Shown here in pieces: positions 18,257-27,936 of a stretch of DNA of 44,914 bases. Source of the stretch: a virus. Taxonomy: Duplodnaviria > Caudoviricetes. Below the pieces are notes generated by a model. That model was not told the DNA's origin and ran no database searches. It was given only the letters and a program-made list of their open reading frames with translations. The position numbers and the translations under genes were made by a program. Where the stretch lies: IMG/VR virus record IMGVR_UViG_3300025267_000025, positions 1-44,914 of that record, one strand, 5' to 3'. The number at the start of each line of letters is the position of its first letter. The first letter of the stretch is position 1.

Positions 18257-18620
18257 TTCCTTTCTTGTCGGCAGAATTTGACCCGCTGCCTTTCGGGTGT
18301 TCATCGATGATCTCAACGCCAAATCTTCTCAAGTAGCTTGTGAGTATAGATTTGATCACTCGATCACCACTCAACAATACAACGATGTTCGGGCCTACGA
18401 CAACCCCGATCAACGTCATGAATACTACGCCGTAACTACCCTGGTTGTCAGGACCAATTGCGACGTACCCGAACAGAGTGCCGAAGAAAAGGGAGGCGAA
18501 AGGCAGCAGCACGTTCTCTCTCCACTTGTCGATGGCTAAGGTTGTTCCGCACACGGCTAAAACCGTGATGATGATCAACTCAATTATCTGTGCCGGGATT
18601 TTCGTTATCAGGTGCATCAT
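18228..18620 (-). CDS. Membrane protein, holin candidate
   Basis: About 3 hydrophobic segments, charged C-tail, dual Met start. Confidence 0.6.
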   Translation of the reverse strand: MMHLITKIPAQIIELIIITVLAVCGTTLAIDKWRENVLLPFASLFFGTLFGYVAIGPDNQGSYGVVFMTLIGVVVGPNIVVLLSGDRVIKSILTSYLRRFGVEIIDEHPKGSGSNSADKKGNEDESEANR

Positions 18621-18954
18621 AGGCGCCCAACCTCCTGACCCTTTTTCTTAGATAGATTAAATGAAAGGCAAGCGAAGAAATGCCCGACATTATATGGAAT
18701 GATGCCCAAATCAAGTCATCACGAACGAAATCTCCAATCACAATATAGCGCGGATAAAGAAAGAAAAATCCCCAGCACGATCCCATAGAGAAAAGTATCG
18801 CAAGCCAGTCGAGACGCGAGCGCGAAGCAGCCGCCATAGAAAGAGCGCCGGTTATTCCTCCCAAGAAGTATAGAAGGATAGCGAAATATCCGATCACGTG
18901 ATTCAAGAAATAGACGCCGTCAATATACATTGCAATACATAGCTCCTTCATCAA
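18580..18954 (-). CDS. Membrane protein (holin/antiholin candidate)
   Basis: About 3 hydrophobic segments; AT-rich; next to endolysin; start uncertain. Confidence 0.5.
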   Translation of the reverse strand: MMKELCIAMYIDGVYFLNHVIGYFAILLYFLGGITGALSMAAASRSRLDWLAILFSMGSCWGFFFLYPRYIVIGDFVRDDLIWASFHIMSGISSLAFHLIYLRKRVRRLGAYDAPDNENPGTDN

Positions 18955-19393
18955 ACCGCCTACGGAACAATCCCCAGACGGGCTTCTTAACTCCGTCCAC
19001 TGTTGCTTTTCGCCACATGAGAAATGACTCAGCAGCCTTCATCTTGTCTCCCGCCGAGTGATATCTGAACACGGACGAACGTTTGAAGGCTGAATGCCCG
19101 ATGTTATACATCAGAAGGCACATGGCATCAAACTCGTGCTGAGCCGTTGGAATGTCCTCCAACAGAATGTTCATTCTGCCCTCAAACCATGCGAGGTCAG
19201 ACAATAGAAGCGCATGAGCTTCCGGCTCGGTGATAGAGGCGCCCGGCTTGGCCGCCTCCCCCGTGTGTCCGTATCCGATTGTCCAAACGCTCGCAATGTC
19301 TTGATAAGCGTTCGCCTCGAAGCCTTCCCAAGTCTTAAGCTTTCTTATCCCCTCTTCGCTGACGCGCAGCCCTCTTCTCGGCAATTGCTTCAT
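18920..19393 (-). CDS. Endolysin, GH24 lysozyme
   Basis: EG....AYQD...VWTIGYGHT, FDA...YNIG, GL.RRR..E. Confidence 0.92.
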   Translation of the reverse strand: MKQLPRRGLRVSEEGIRKLKTWEGFEANAYQDIASVWTIGYGHTGEAAKPGASITEPEAHALLLSDLAWFEGRMNILLEDIPTAQHEFDAMCLLMYNIGHSAFKRSSVFRYHSAGDKMKAAESFLMWRKATVDGVKKPVWGLFRRRFDEGAMYCNVY

Positions 19394-19661
19394 CGGTTGA
19401 CTTGTCGTGTATTGACTTGATTTGGGCAATCTGGACAAGATCGGAAGGGCTGAAAACAAGTTCTTCTTCAGGCCATAGAAGGTGAGTTGAGTCACGGACA
19501 AGTTTGACGTTCCTGATTTGCTTCGAGTTCATCGCCGAGAGTTCTGGGTGACAGTCCGTTGGGACCACCACCCTTGATCCATTGTCAAGATCAATCCGAA
19601 TGTTTTTCTGATTCGGACGAACGCGGACGATCCGGGGAAGGATTGTTCTGTTCAGTTTCAT
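19335..19661 (-). CDS. DUF2442-like protein
   Basis: I.I.L.NG..V.VP...HP.L.......V.L.....L.WP pattern. Confidence 0.6.
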   Translation of the reverse strand: MKLNRTILPRIVRVRPNQKNIRIDLDNGSRVVVPTDCHPELSAMNSKQIRNVKLVRDSTHLLWPEEELVFSPSDLVQIAQIKSIHDKSTDEAIAEKRAARQRRGDKKA

Positions 19662-21883
19662 GACGGAAGCAACGCGCCTTTCTTGGTCGTGGACGAACGG
19701 TAATTGCCCATCAGGTCATCCCAAGTCGTCTCGTTTGCCGGAACGTCGTCAGCGCCCGCGAGAGGTCGCGGAATGTTGACTTCAGCGGCGGTCGCCGAGA
19801 GAACGGTTGGGATCGAAGGGCCGCCCGTCAGGTTGACATTTGTCGTATCGTCCGTGTCAGGAATGATGGTAAGATCATTGAACGAGTCCATCCAAACCAA
19901 ATCTTCCGGCCTGAACTCATCGAAGGTTGCTCCGTCCTCCCTTACTGACTGGAACATCGCGAAGTCATTGTTGGAAGTCGAGACAGTGTTGATGTAAGTA
20001 TTATGCCTAGACAATACTTTCTTGGGCCCTTCAAGTTCAGACAAGAATGACCAGACGCTGATAATTGAACCGCCGCCAGGCCTTCGCTTCCTCTCGAAGG
20101 GCCAGCCCGGATCGTAGTCAGTCATGACGAACACGTTGTTGCGCAACAGCGTGTGGTGGTGGAAAATCTTCATCAGCGTAGCTGTGACGTCAATTCCTCT
20201 GAACACGTTGTTTGTCACGACGAAGCAGTCATCCTTGACGCCGAGAATATTGAGGCAGTTGTCGCCGCCCTCCATATAACATCTGTGCACGAACGCAACG
20301 TTATGGAACTTCTCAGAGGTCGCAACACGGGCGCAAGGCTGGTTCGGAACGCCCAACAAGTCGCCGTCATCGCCGTTCTCAAATCCGCCCTTGGATATGA
20401 GCAAGCATCCGAAAATCAGATTTCGCTGAGGCTTTGCTGCTCGCTTCGGGCCATTCTTGGCTTCGCCATAGTCCTGGCCAAAACCTGTCTCGATGCGATT
20501 GCCTTGGGCGTCTGTGTAATACGTGACCCAATTTCCATCCGGGGGCAGAGCATCGACGTGTTGGCCGAAGCGGACGTGACAAACGGAGTGGTTCTCATAG
20601 CCCTCATCGAATGCGACGTAATGCCAACTGTCCTTGACATCGACATCCCACCAAATGACGCGAGCCGTATGAACCCCAGCCGTGGGCACCCCGGTCTGGC
20701 CTGAGCTCATCGAGCAGCCGATTATTCCGAACTCGAACGGATCGGCACCGTTGTGGTTGTTGTGGTAAATGGTCGTGTACCGACCAGTTCCATCACCAGT
20801 CTCGGCGGCAGCCTTCCCTCTATACTGAGTGTCGAGATATCCCGCCGAGAAAGCCAGGAAGCCGTCATTGCCTCGCCCGAGGAACAGGGCCGGGCTTTGG
20901 CCCGGCGGAACCCTGTAGATATATCCGTCAGGAAACGTGTGGCCCGGTTGAGGATACGGGCGCCAAACAGCGTCGCCGTTCGCATCGACCGCGTACGGAA
21001 ATTCATACTTGGCCAGCTGATGGTGAGGCTCAGAGGCGAGAGGATCGCCAAAGTCGCGAACGATCCACCGGCCCTTCGCCTTGACAATATACTTATTGTC
21101 GTTCACGATAACGCCATTGCTGTCAATCGCCAGTGACTCTTCTTCCGTGCGCGGATAGAAGCCGCCACGCTTATAGATGGTCGCGAAGTCTTCGCCATTC
21201 GAGACGTTGGACCGGACCCACTGAACTGCGTCATTGTGAGTCGTGAACCGTTGCGAAGGGGGCGCGTAGTCCACGTGGTTAACGTCAGTGGGCAAGTCGC
21301 TGAAGTCACCATCATCGGCAACCGCAACCGTGTTCGCTCGCATTGTCGAGTTCAGAACAATATTGATCGTGAACGTCTTGATGAAGAGCGTGTTCGTGAA
21401 TGCGTTGTAGCCCTTGACTGTCAGCGTCCGAGTTCCAGCAACGGTGGCAGGAAACGCCGCACACGGACTATCAATGCGCCCTTGAGCGCCGGGAGCTTGC
21501 GACACGAGAGGGTTGTAGCACTGTTTGAGCGGGTCAATCCCGTCCATTTCATATACGATGGACCATCCGTCGTAATCGTCGTGCGTGGTGTCGCCTTCAT
21601 ATTTGGTGGAGGTCCACTCGCGGTATTCGTTAGGCGTCTTGCCTTTGATTACGGCGAGCACGGACAGAAATGAAAACTCAGTGACTGAGATTGATCCGTC
21701 CGTCTCCAGAGTAACATGGCGGTCAAAATGAATCTCAAGCGCCGTGTCGTCTCGCACCGGACTGGAAAGAACAGTCTCGGTGAACATATTGCGGTAGACG
21801 TTGAAGTTTCCAGGATCGGGCTCAGGAAGCGTAGGCCCGGTTGGGTTGGTCGCTGCTGCGACAAGTCCAAGAAGAAAGCTCAT
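19658..21883 (-). CDS. Putative tailspike/receptor-binding protein, possibly beta-helix
   Basis: 741 aa after the fibre gene; repeated V.NNVF/LRNNVF/HNTY strands. Confidence 0.55.
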   Translation of the reverse strand: MSFLLGLVAAATNPTGPTLPEPDPGNFNVYRNMFTETVLSSPVRDDTALEIHFDRHVTLETDGSISVTEFSFLSVLAVIKGKTPNEYREWTSTKYEGDTTHDDYDGWSIVYEMDGIDPLKQCYNPLVSQAPGAQGRIDSPCAAFPATVAGTRTLTVKGYNAFTNTLFIKTFTINIVLNSTMRANTVAVADDGDFSDLPTDVNHVDYAPPSQRFTTHNDAVQWVRSNVSNGEDFATIYKRGGFYPRTEEESLAIDSNGVIVNDNKYIVKAKGRWIVRDFGDPLASEPHHQLAKYEFPYAVDANGDAVWRPYPQPGHTFPDGYIYRVPPGQSPALFLGRGNDGFLAFSAGYLDTQYRGKAAAETGDGTGRYTTIYHNNHNGADPFEFGIIGCSMSSGQTGVPTAGVHTARVIWWDVDVKDSWHYVAFDEGYENHSVCHVRFGQHVDALPPDGNWVTYYTDAQGNRIETGFGQDYGEAKNGPKRAAKPQRNLIFGCLLISKGGFENGDDGDLLGVPNQPCARVATSEKFHNVAFVHRCYMEGGDNCLNILGVKDDCFVVTNNVFRGIDVTATLMKIFHHHTLLRNNVFVMTDYDPGWPFERKRRPGGGSIISVWSFLSELEGPKKVLSRHNTYINTVSTSNNDFAMFQSVREDGATFDEFRPEDLVWMDSFNDLTIIPDTDDTTNVNLTGGPSIPTVLSATAAEVNIPRPLAGADDVPANETTWDDLMGNYRSSTTKKGALLPS

Positions 21884-21886
21884 TGT

Positions 21887-24178
21887 TCACCCAATGATCG
21901 AAAGATTGCTGATGGTGACGGTTTGTTCGCCGTCTGCTTCAGGAACGAAGCTCATGAATTCGCCGGAACTCTCGGTGATGTTCCCATCCGTCGTGACAAT
22001 ACACAAGTCATATAGCCCGCCGCCCTTGTTGGTGAAGGCCATGACATATCGGTCGTTATTGTATCGGCCCTTATAAGGGGCGCCAATTCCATTCGACTGA
22101 TAGTTGTGAGTCATGCTGTTGATCTCAACATATCCGTCAGGATCAGACAAAGCGATGACAAGTCCCGGATGAGCGTCTGGGATGGCCATGTCTTCAAGAG
22201 AAAGGCTGCCCAAATTCACATCAGTCAAAAGGACGCACTGGTTTGGCTCTGTTGAGCCAACAAGCCCGAACGCGCCCGCCGAAGTCGCAACGCGGTCGCC
22301 GGTTCCTCCCGTCGTTTGGTTCGTCCACGTCCCATCGAAGGCCGTCACGTTGATGATCTGAGCCGACTCAATGATTTGTATCGAGACGATTTCAGAATGG
22401 GTTTCGCCCGCATCGTTCGTAAGGATTACCTCAATCGTTCCGCTATCGGACGAAGTTCCAGTATAGTCCGGGGCCGTCGTGTTCCAGCTGACTGCGAAGT
22501 TATCGCCGGAAGGGGAAAGGCTGACATCAAAATCGGAAGCACCGAGAGATGCCGAGTAGTTGAACGTTCGCCCGCCCGATGGCGTTATAGAAGCAATCGG
22601 CCTGTCAGACCCTTCCTGGATGCCGCCCGGATCAAGCAGCGAATGAGAAGCCGTCAGAGGATCGGCCGCAACCGTCCGGTCGATGATCGTGATATCCACG
22701 CTGGCCGTTGCCGTCGCGTTCGTTCCGTCCGTGACCTTGACAACAAGCGTTTGAACGTCCGCCGCCGTGTTCGTGTAGGCGGGAGCGGAGCCGGACCATC
22801 GGTAAGTGCCCGCGAACGGATCGCCGCTAATGCCAATTCCATTCGCATACGGATTGTCTTCAACCGTGAACACGTAAGTGCCATCGCCGCCTGTCGCCGA
22901 CGCCGCCGTGATCTGGCCGGTCGCACCTTCCTCGAATGTCGCCGTAGTCGGATCAACCGTGATGGCGAGAGGGGCTGTTGCCGCTTGCGTAATCGTGACA
23001 GTCGAGACGAGTGATTCAGACGTTCCGTCAGCGTCCGTTACGGTCACGGTGATATCGTTCGTGTCCGAAGCATCCCCTGCGAATGCCGGCGCCGCTGTAT
23101 CCCAAGTCACGAGGCCCGTTGAGCTATCAATCGAGACAGCGAGCGCCGACGCGACCGAAAACACATACGGAGAGGCCCCGCCCGTCGCGGAAGCGTCGAG
23201 GATCGCCGAGGAGGCGCCTTCTTCGATGTCGAGGGCCGAGGGGACGCCGGACAGCGAAAGGGGCGCCTGTCCGCCTCCTAGCGATGCGATTTGTCCCGCC
23301 AATCCCGAAATCTCGACTTGAGACGTGGTCCCATCAGCGAGAGGGAAGGTGAAGTTAATTTCGCCGTTCACAATCGTGGAAGTGATAACTTGCGTCTCAT
23401 CGACAAGCTTGCCCGCCTTCGCGAACAACGCGGCCAGACCGCCGAACAGTTGATCGGCAGTAGAGCCGTCCGCCCTCGTGAAGACGACGCGGATGTCATC
23501 GCCAACAATCGTTGCCGGAGCGGCGATGGCGTTGTCAATCAATTTGTCCGTGGACGCCTTTCCGGCAACTTCCGTGGACAGACTGTTGAACTGTGCCGCC
23601 GTAGGAAGGTTCGCAATCGCATCGCTGATCGCCTGCGCTCGCTCATCGTCCGTGGACATATTGGCGACAGCATTGAGAAGGTCTTGCGTTGTTACGAAGT
23701 CCGCAACATTTGCCTCAACCTCAAACTGCGTTCCGTCTCGGCGCGTATAAAGGATCGTGCCCGGAGAGCTGCCGGGAACCGCGTTTACAACGTCTCCTGG
23801 TGCGCCGCCCGTAATGTCGATGGGCACGGAAAGGTTGCCCGCCGCTCGCGTAAGAACAAGCTGGCCGTTCTCGAAAGAGATGGCCGTGACGATGTTTGAT
23901 CTCTCAGCCTTCGCGGCAAACCTTGTGTCGAGCACTGACGTTTGCGTGTATCCGGCCAGAGAGGAGGCCAGCTGATTGTCCGTGTAGGTCTTGCTTTCGT
24001 CAACAATCGAGGTCCGAGCAGCATCATTGATCCCGGCGCCTTGTCGAATGCCGTTCACACTGTAAACAGCGTCTCGATATGATCCCGGATTATCAGGGTC
24101 TGGCTCTGACACCCAAACCAATCCGTCTTCGGACGGAAGCGAAACGGGGGCAATCTGGTCAATCGTTACCTTGGTCAT
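21887..24178 (-). CDS. Tail fibre/adhesin with tandem Ig-like repeats
   Basis: Three ~100-aa repeats PL....EEG....SATGG..Y.F.V...W...AP.Y......V.VTD. Confidence 0.7.
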   Translation of the reverse strand: MTKVTIDQIAPVSLPSEDGLVWVSEPDPDNPGSYRDAVYSVNGIRQGAGINDAARTSIVDESKTYTDNQLASSLAGYTQTSVLDTRFAAKAERSNIVTAISFENGQLVLTRAAGNLSVPIDITGGAPGDVVNAVPGSSPGTILYTRRDGTQFEVEANVADFVTTQDLLNAVANMSTDDERAQAISDAIANLPTAAQFNSLSTEVAGKASTDKLIDNAIAAPATIVGDDIRVVFTRADGSTADQLFGGLAALFAKAGKLVDETQVITSTIVNGEINFTFPLADGTTSQVEISGLAGQIASLGGGQAPLSLSGVPSALDIEEGASSAILDASATGGASPYVFSVASALAVSIDSSTGLVTWDTAAPAFAGDASDTNDITVTVTDADGTSESLVSTVTITQAATAPLAITVDPTTATFEEGATGQITAASATGGDGTYVFTVEDNPYANGIGISGDPFAGTYRWSGSAPAYTNTAADVQTLVVKVTDGTNATATASVDITIIDRTVAADPLTASHSLLDPGGIQEGSDRPIASITPSGGRTFNYSASLGASDFDVSLSPSGDNFAVSWNTTAPDYTGTSSDSGTIEVILTNDAGETHSEIVSIQIIESAQIINVTAFDGTWTNQTTGGTGDRVATSAGAFGLVGSTEPNQCVLLTDVNLGSLSLEDMAIPDAHPGLVIALSDPDGYVEINSMTHNYQSNGIGAPYKGRYNNDRYVMAFTNKGGGLYDLCIVTTDGNITESSGEFMSFVPEADGEQTVTISNLSIIG

Positions 24179-24186
24179 TTTTCCTC

Positions 24187-24606
24187 TTACGCCGGTTGGG
24201 CGGGTTCGATCTTGTTGACTTCTGAAATCTCAATCGTGAAAGCAACTCTCGTCATCGGCGCGAAATTTCCGGCACTTGCCGAAACGTATCCCGCGTGACT
24301 GTAGCTAACGTCGGAAAGCAACTTGCACAGATGAACTTTCTTAACTGTCGGATCGCTTGGAGAGCAAAACTCCCACTCGAAAGTCTTGGCGCCCACGTCA
24401 TCAAAGAACCACCATAGGCGAGGCAAGTTTGATGAAAGAGTTATGATCTCGACATCTTCAACGGGCGCGTATCGCTTTCCTATCCTTCTGGTCTTGCGGC
24501 GACCGCTTTCCATTTCAATGACTCTGATGCCTGTATTGACAGAGCCACGAGTGTTGAAAGTTGGCCGTCCAAAGTCGGGCATCCTTGGAGTTGGACTTGC
24601 TGCCAT
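24187..24606 (-). CDS. Minor tail protein (distal tail/gpM-like)
   Basis: MESGR.K.RR and F.W motifs; size. Confidence 0.5.
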   Translation of the reverse strand: MAASPTPRMPDFGRPTFNTRGSVNTGIRVIEMESGRRKTRRIGKRYAPVEDVEIITLSSNLPRLWWFFDDVGAKTFEWEFCSPSDPTVKKVHLCKLLSDVSYSHAGYVSASAGNFAPMTRVAFTIEISEVNKIEPAQPA

Positions 24607-27062
24607 CAGTAAACCCTTTCGTCGTATTTGAAGCCTTCAATTGAGAAGACGCCAGGGGAAGTTTCCACCACGCCCTCTTTGGCGACGATGATGTCAATAA
24701 TGTCGTGATCGGACGATCTGACAATTGAGGCGTGCACGCCCTTTTCATCGAGGAGTTGAGAGCTTATCCCGCTTATCGATCCACTGTTCAGCGTCAGCGC
24801 GCCGCCTCCTTGAGAAACGCTCGCAGAGAAAGGCCCTGCGGTATTTCCGTAGGCGTCTCTTAACATCAAAGAGTAAGTGCCTGTCGGCGGATGGCCTTCC
24901 TCAAACCACACTTGAGTGCTGGTGAAGGCGGAAACTATGAGGTAATCCGTTCCCCAGCTGAAGTTGGGATGCATGACTGCGATCCTGTCGCCGAACTCGA
25001 CAAGCCTGCCTTCCATTTCCGTCTCGAAGCGCACGAACATATTGCGATACTGCTTGCTTCTGCTGACGCGCTGAGCGATGGCCAAAGCTTGCGATTTGTC
25101 CGTGCACCCGAAAGCGTCAACCTTCTGTGGGCGGAGCGCATTGCTCGGATGACGGACGAATACGCGGTTGTATGTGACAGGATCGTAATAGCCAACCTCA
25201 ACGCCGTCCGTCTCGTCAGGATTGCCGAGGGTCATCGAGACTTCCAGCGAGCCCGGAATGATCGAGTCAGGAGTGAACAGCATCTTTCGGATCGGCTTTA
25301 TCATATCCTCGCTGACGCCGAACTTGTTCAAGTAGTAAACAGGATCGGCATTGTATAGCGAGAGAACAGATTGGATGGCATCAAAGACATTGGTGTCACT
25401 GTCGAATACACCGTTGAAACTGTCAGGGTGTCGAGACTTGAAATCTTGAAGGCTGGAAAAGTCAAGTTCTGAATCAGGCCGAGCAATCGAGTAGTCTTCA
25501 TTCGTGAAAATGTCTTGAACAACGTCCGCAGGCGAATTGTTGAATGACAATCCCGTTCCATTGAGAGGGCGGATAAGCCTTTTGCTCTTGACTTGAACTC
25601 GCTGAGAAGCGCCTGACGAAAGCTTGGCCGAAGAAGTCAGAGCAAGAGCCAAGATTGACGTTTGGCCGTAGACAGATGAATTGTCGTAGCTCAAGAACGA
25701 TTTGAGGCGTGTCCAGACCACTCGCGTCGTCTCGCCGGTTCCGTCTTCACGCTGGTTCCTGCGAACGGAAACAGCATAGCGGCCCTTCGGAACATTGAAC
25801 GTGTACGTCCTGCGCTGAGGATCGTTTGATGCCGCAGACCAAGTCCGAGTGAAGTTCTGGTAAGTCCCGGCCCCGCTGTCGTCATCGTTCAGAAGTTCGC
25901 AAGCGATGTATAGAGTCAGCGAGGTTGATTTCAGCGTTCCGTCATCGTTGGAATCAAACAGCCCCGCTGGGCACTCGAAGTCCAAGTCAATCCGTTCCGT
26001 CTCTTGTCCCGGAAGGCAGGAAACGAAAGGCCCGATGGTGTCAGGATCGGAAGGCGCTGAAGAGCCCGTGATTGCGCCTCTGAACTCGCCGGTCCCGTTG
26101 GGGCCATTCGAGACGTTGACTGCAGTTCCGTTCACGGATGTTACGTTGTATGTTCCGTCAACGTTGTACGCTGCGCCGAAGAACTCGACAGCATTTGAAT
26201 CACTGACGGTGAATGTTCCGCCTGCGGATATTCCGATGCCCGCTGGGTTCCTGTTGAACGCAAAAGTCGAGCCGCCGTTGCCGACATAGAAAGTCACGCC
26301 GTCGTATTGGCTGTTGCTTCCCGTCTCTCTCGGAAGCTCCTGAGACGCAACCTCGCCGGACGTGTAAACATTCTCGTGAATGCCGGTAACCTTCTGCATT
26401 TCGCCGAGAGAATTTCCGTGATCTGAAGGATTGAAAAGCCACCATGACCAGTCGTTGGAGTTCAACTCCGTGAGCGGAGTATTGCCGACGAACAGTTTGA
26501 TTGAGCTTTCTTGAAACTCTCCCATCCCAAGGCAAAAGTAAAAGTAGGCACGCTCTTTATTGTCCTGGAACTCAAGCCAAGGCTGAGAAGCATATTGAGG
26601 AGAGCGCATCCACTCGCCGTATTGGATCGGGATTTGACCGCCAGGCTTCGCTTCGTTCGCTTGGACGCCTACGGAGTAAACGTCAGAAGGCGTCGGCGCA
26701 CCAATGTATTCGGGCGGCCTTGGCGTCAAGAGGTAAGTCAGGACGCTCATCGAGACGGAAATGGCAACCGCAATCAGCACTTGGATCGTGAACGGATCAC
26801 CAGGAGAAAGCGCAATTACAACGCGGTCTGACTTTTCAACGTATACGTCGCGGGCGAGGACTTCGCCTTGGCCATCGGCAACGCCAATGTCCGTCTGGTT
26901 GCCGTCTTCGTCAATGTGGACAATTTTCCATGATTGGGTTCCGGGGCCTTCCGGGAACAGTTCTGACAGTGCGTCTTCAAGATTGCCCGTGAAGCTGTGA
27001 ACTTCCGGCTTCATGTCTTCTGTTCTGATGACAGATATCATCGAGCGCTCCAATCGTAGCAA
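24606..27062 (-). CDS. Tail tip/host specificity protein (gpJ-like, N-terminal gpI-like part)
   Basis: IPIQYG, LG.GE, GRY.V..RR, N.PA....D, GC...QA, GD.I.V. Confidence 0.85.
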   Translation of the reverse strand: MLRLERSMISVIRTEDMKPEVHSFTGNLEDALSELFPEGPGTQSWKIVHIDEDGNQTDIGVADGQGEVLARDVYVEKSDRVVIALSPGDPFTIQVLIAVAISVSMSVLTYLLTPRPPEYIGAPTPSDVYSVGVQANEAKPGGQIPIQYGEWMRSPQYASQPWLEFQDNKERAYFYFCLGMGEFQESSIKLFVGNTPLTELNSNDWSWWLFNPSDHGNSLGEMQKVTGIHENVYTSGEVASQELPRETGSNSQYDGVTFYVGNGGSTFAFNRNPAGIGISAGGTFTVSDSNAVEFFGAAYNVDGTYNVTSVNGTAVNVSNGPNGTGEFRGAITGSSAPSDPDTIGPFVSCLPGQETERIDLDFECPAGLFDSNDDGTLKSTSLTLYIACELLNDDDSGAGTYQNFTRTWSAASNDPQRRTYTFNVPKGRYAVSVRRNQREDGTGETTRVVWTRLKSFLSYDNSSVYGQTSILALALTSSAKLSSGASQRVQVKSKRLIRPLNGTGLSFNNSPADVVQDIFTNEDYSIARPDSELDFSSLQDFKSRHPDSFNGVFDSDTNVFDAIQSVLSLYNADPVYYLNKFGVSEDMIKPIRKMLFTPDSIIPGSLEVSMTLGNPDETDGVEVGYYDPVTYNRVFVRHPSNALRPQKVDAFGCTDKSQALAIAQRVSRSKQYRNMFVRFETEMEGRLVEFGDRIAVMHPNFSWGTDYLIVSAFTSTQVWFEEGHPPTGTYSLMLRDAYGNTAGPFSASVSQGGGALTLNSGSISGISSQLLDEKGVHASIVRSSDHDIIDIIVAKEGVVETSPGVFSIEGFKYDERVY

Positions 27063-27424
27063 CGGCTACGGACGAAATCAGGGTGGCGCCAATCCGAGAA
27101 CTGGACGCCGCCTACTTTTTTGGCATGAAGTATTCCTCCGAATATGGAGAAGCCTCCATGGAATGATCTTCTGCCGCCTCCAGAGAAGACGATACAATAA
27201 TCCTTCCGCTCACACTCAAACCCTTCGAGTGCGATGCCATTCGAGATTGCGTTAGAAACAGCCAAGCGATTGTCGCAAGCAATCATGGGATCGGGAGGAC
27301 GCCTGAGACCAAGGCGCTCCGTGCACAACATAACCAGGCCCCAACAGTCTAGGCCGCTTTCGTCTCGACCAAGACGTTTATAAGGGATGCCGATGAGACT
27401 GTTAACAATATCGGCTTCGGTCAT
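27038..27424 (-). CDS. NlpC/P60 tail assembly protein (gpK-like)
   Basis: GIPY..GR...G.DCWGLV, H.G, LHA. Confidence 0.85.
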   Translation of the reverse strand: MTEADIVNSLIGIPYKRLGRDESGLDCWGLVMLCTERLGLRRPPDPMIACDNRLAVSNAISNGIALEGFECERKDYCIVFSGGGRRSFHGGFSIFGGILHAKKVGGVQFSDWRHPDFVRSRCYDWSAR

Positions 27425-27936
27425 CCTCGCCTTATCCCTGGGAACTCTTCTTCACTGTAAAGCTTGCGCGGGAACATCCGCCCAAGGAGGTCTTGACGGG
27501 TTGCGGTTCCGGTGATCGCGATGCCATCAAACGATATGTTCTTGAGGGGCATTACGTAGTATTCGCCGGAAGGTTGTTGAGACGGAATGATGAACTCGCC
27601 GAAACTCAAGATGATATCTTGAGGACCGTTGACTTCTGTCCACTCTCTCGCAGCGTTAATCTGGTCGTATATTTCCTGATCGTTCCTTCCAATGGTGAAG
27701 GCCAAGTCTTGATTGCTGTTGGCGTTCTTGGAAGGGAGTGCGACCGAAAAGGCAGCAGGTATGTGAGTCCTGAGCGTTCCGTTTCGATCCTCCGCGTAAT
27801 AACTTTCCGTGTGCGAAGTAAGATAGAAACCGGACGTGTTGACAAAGCCTGGGTGCTCCAGGCCGATACAAAGCGCCTGCTGATATTCGTTCGGGCCGGT
27901 GACCCAATACGACCTCTGCTGAGCGGTGTAAGCCAT
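27421..27936 (-). CDS. Minor tail protein (DUF1833/gpL-like)
   Basis: HP, F...LP and FP...Y....FPG motifs; follows TMP. Confidence 0.7.
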   Translation of the reverse strand: MAYTAQQRSYWVTGPNEYQQALCIGLEHPGFVNTSGFYLTSHTESYYAEDRNGTLRTHIPAAFSVALPSKNANSNQDLAFTIGRNDQEIYDQINAAREWTEVNGPQDIILSFGEFIIPSQQPSGEYYVMPLKNISFDGIAITGTATRQDLLGRMFPRKLYSEEEFPGIRRG

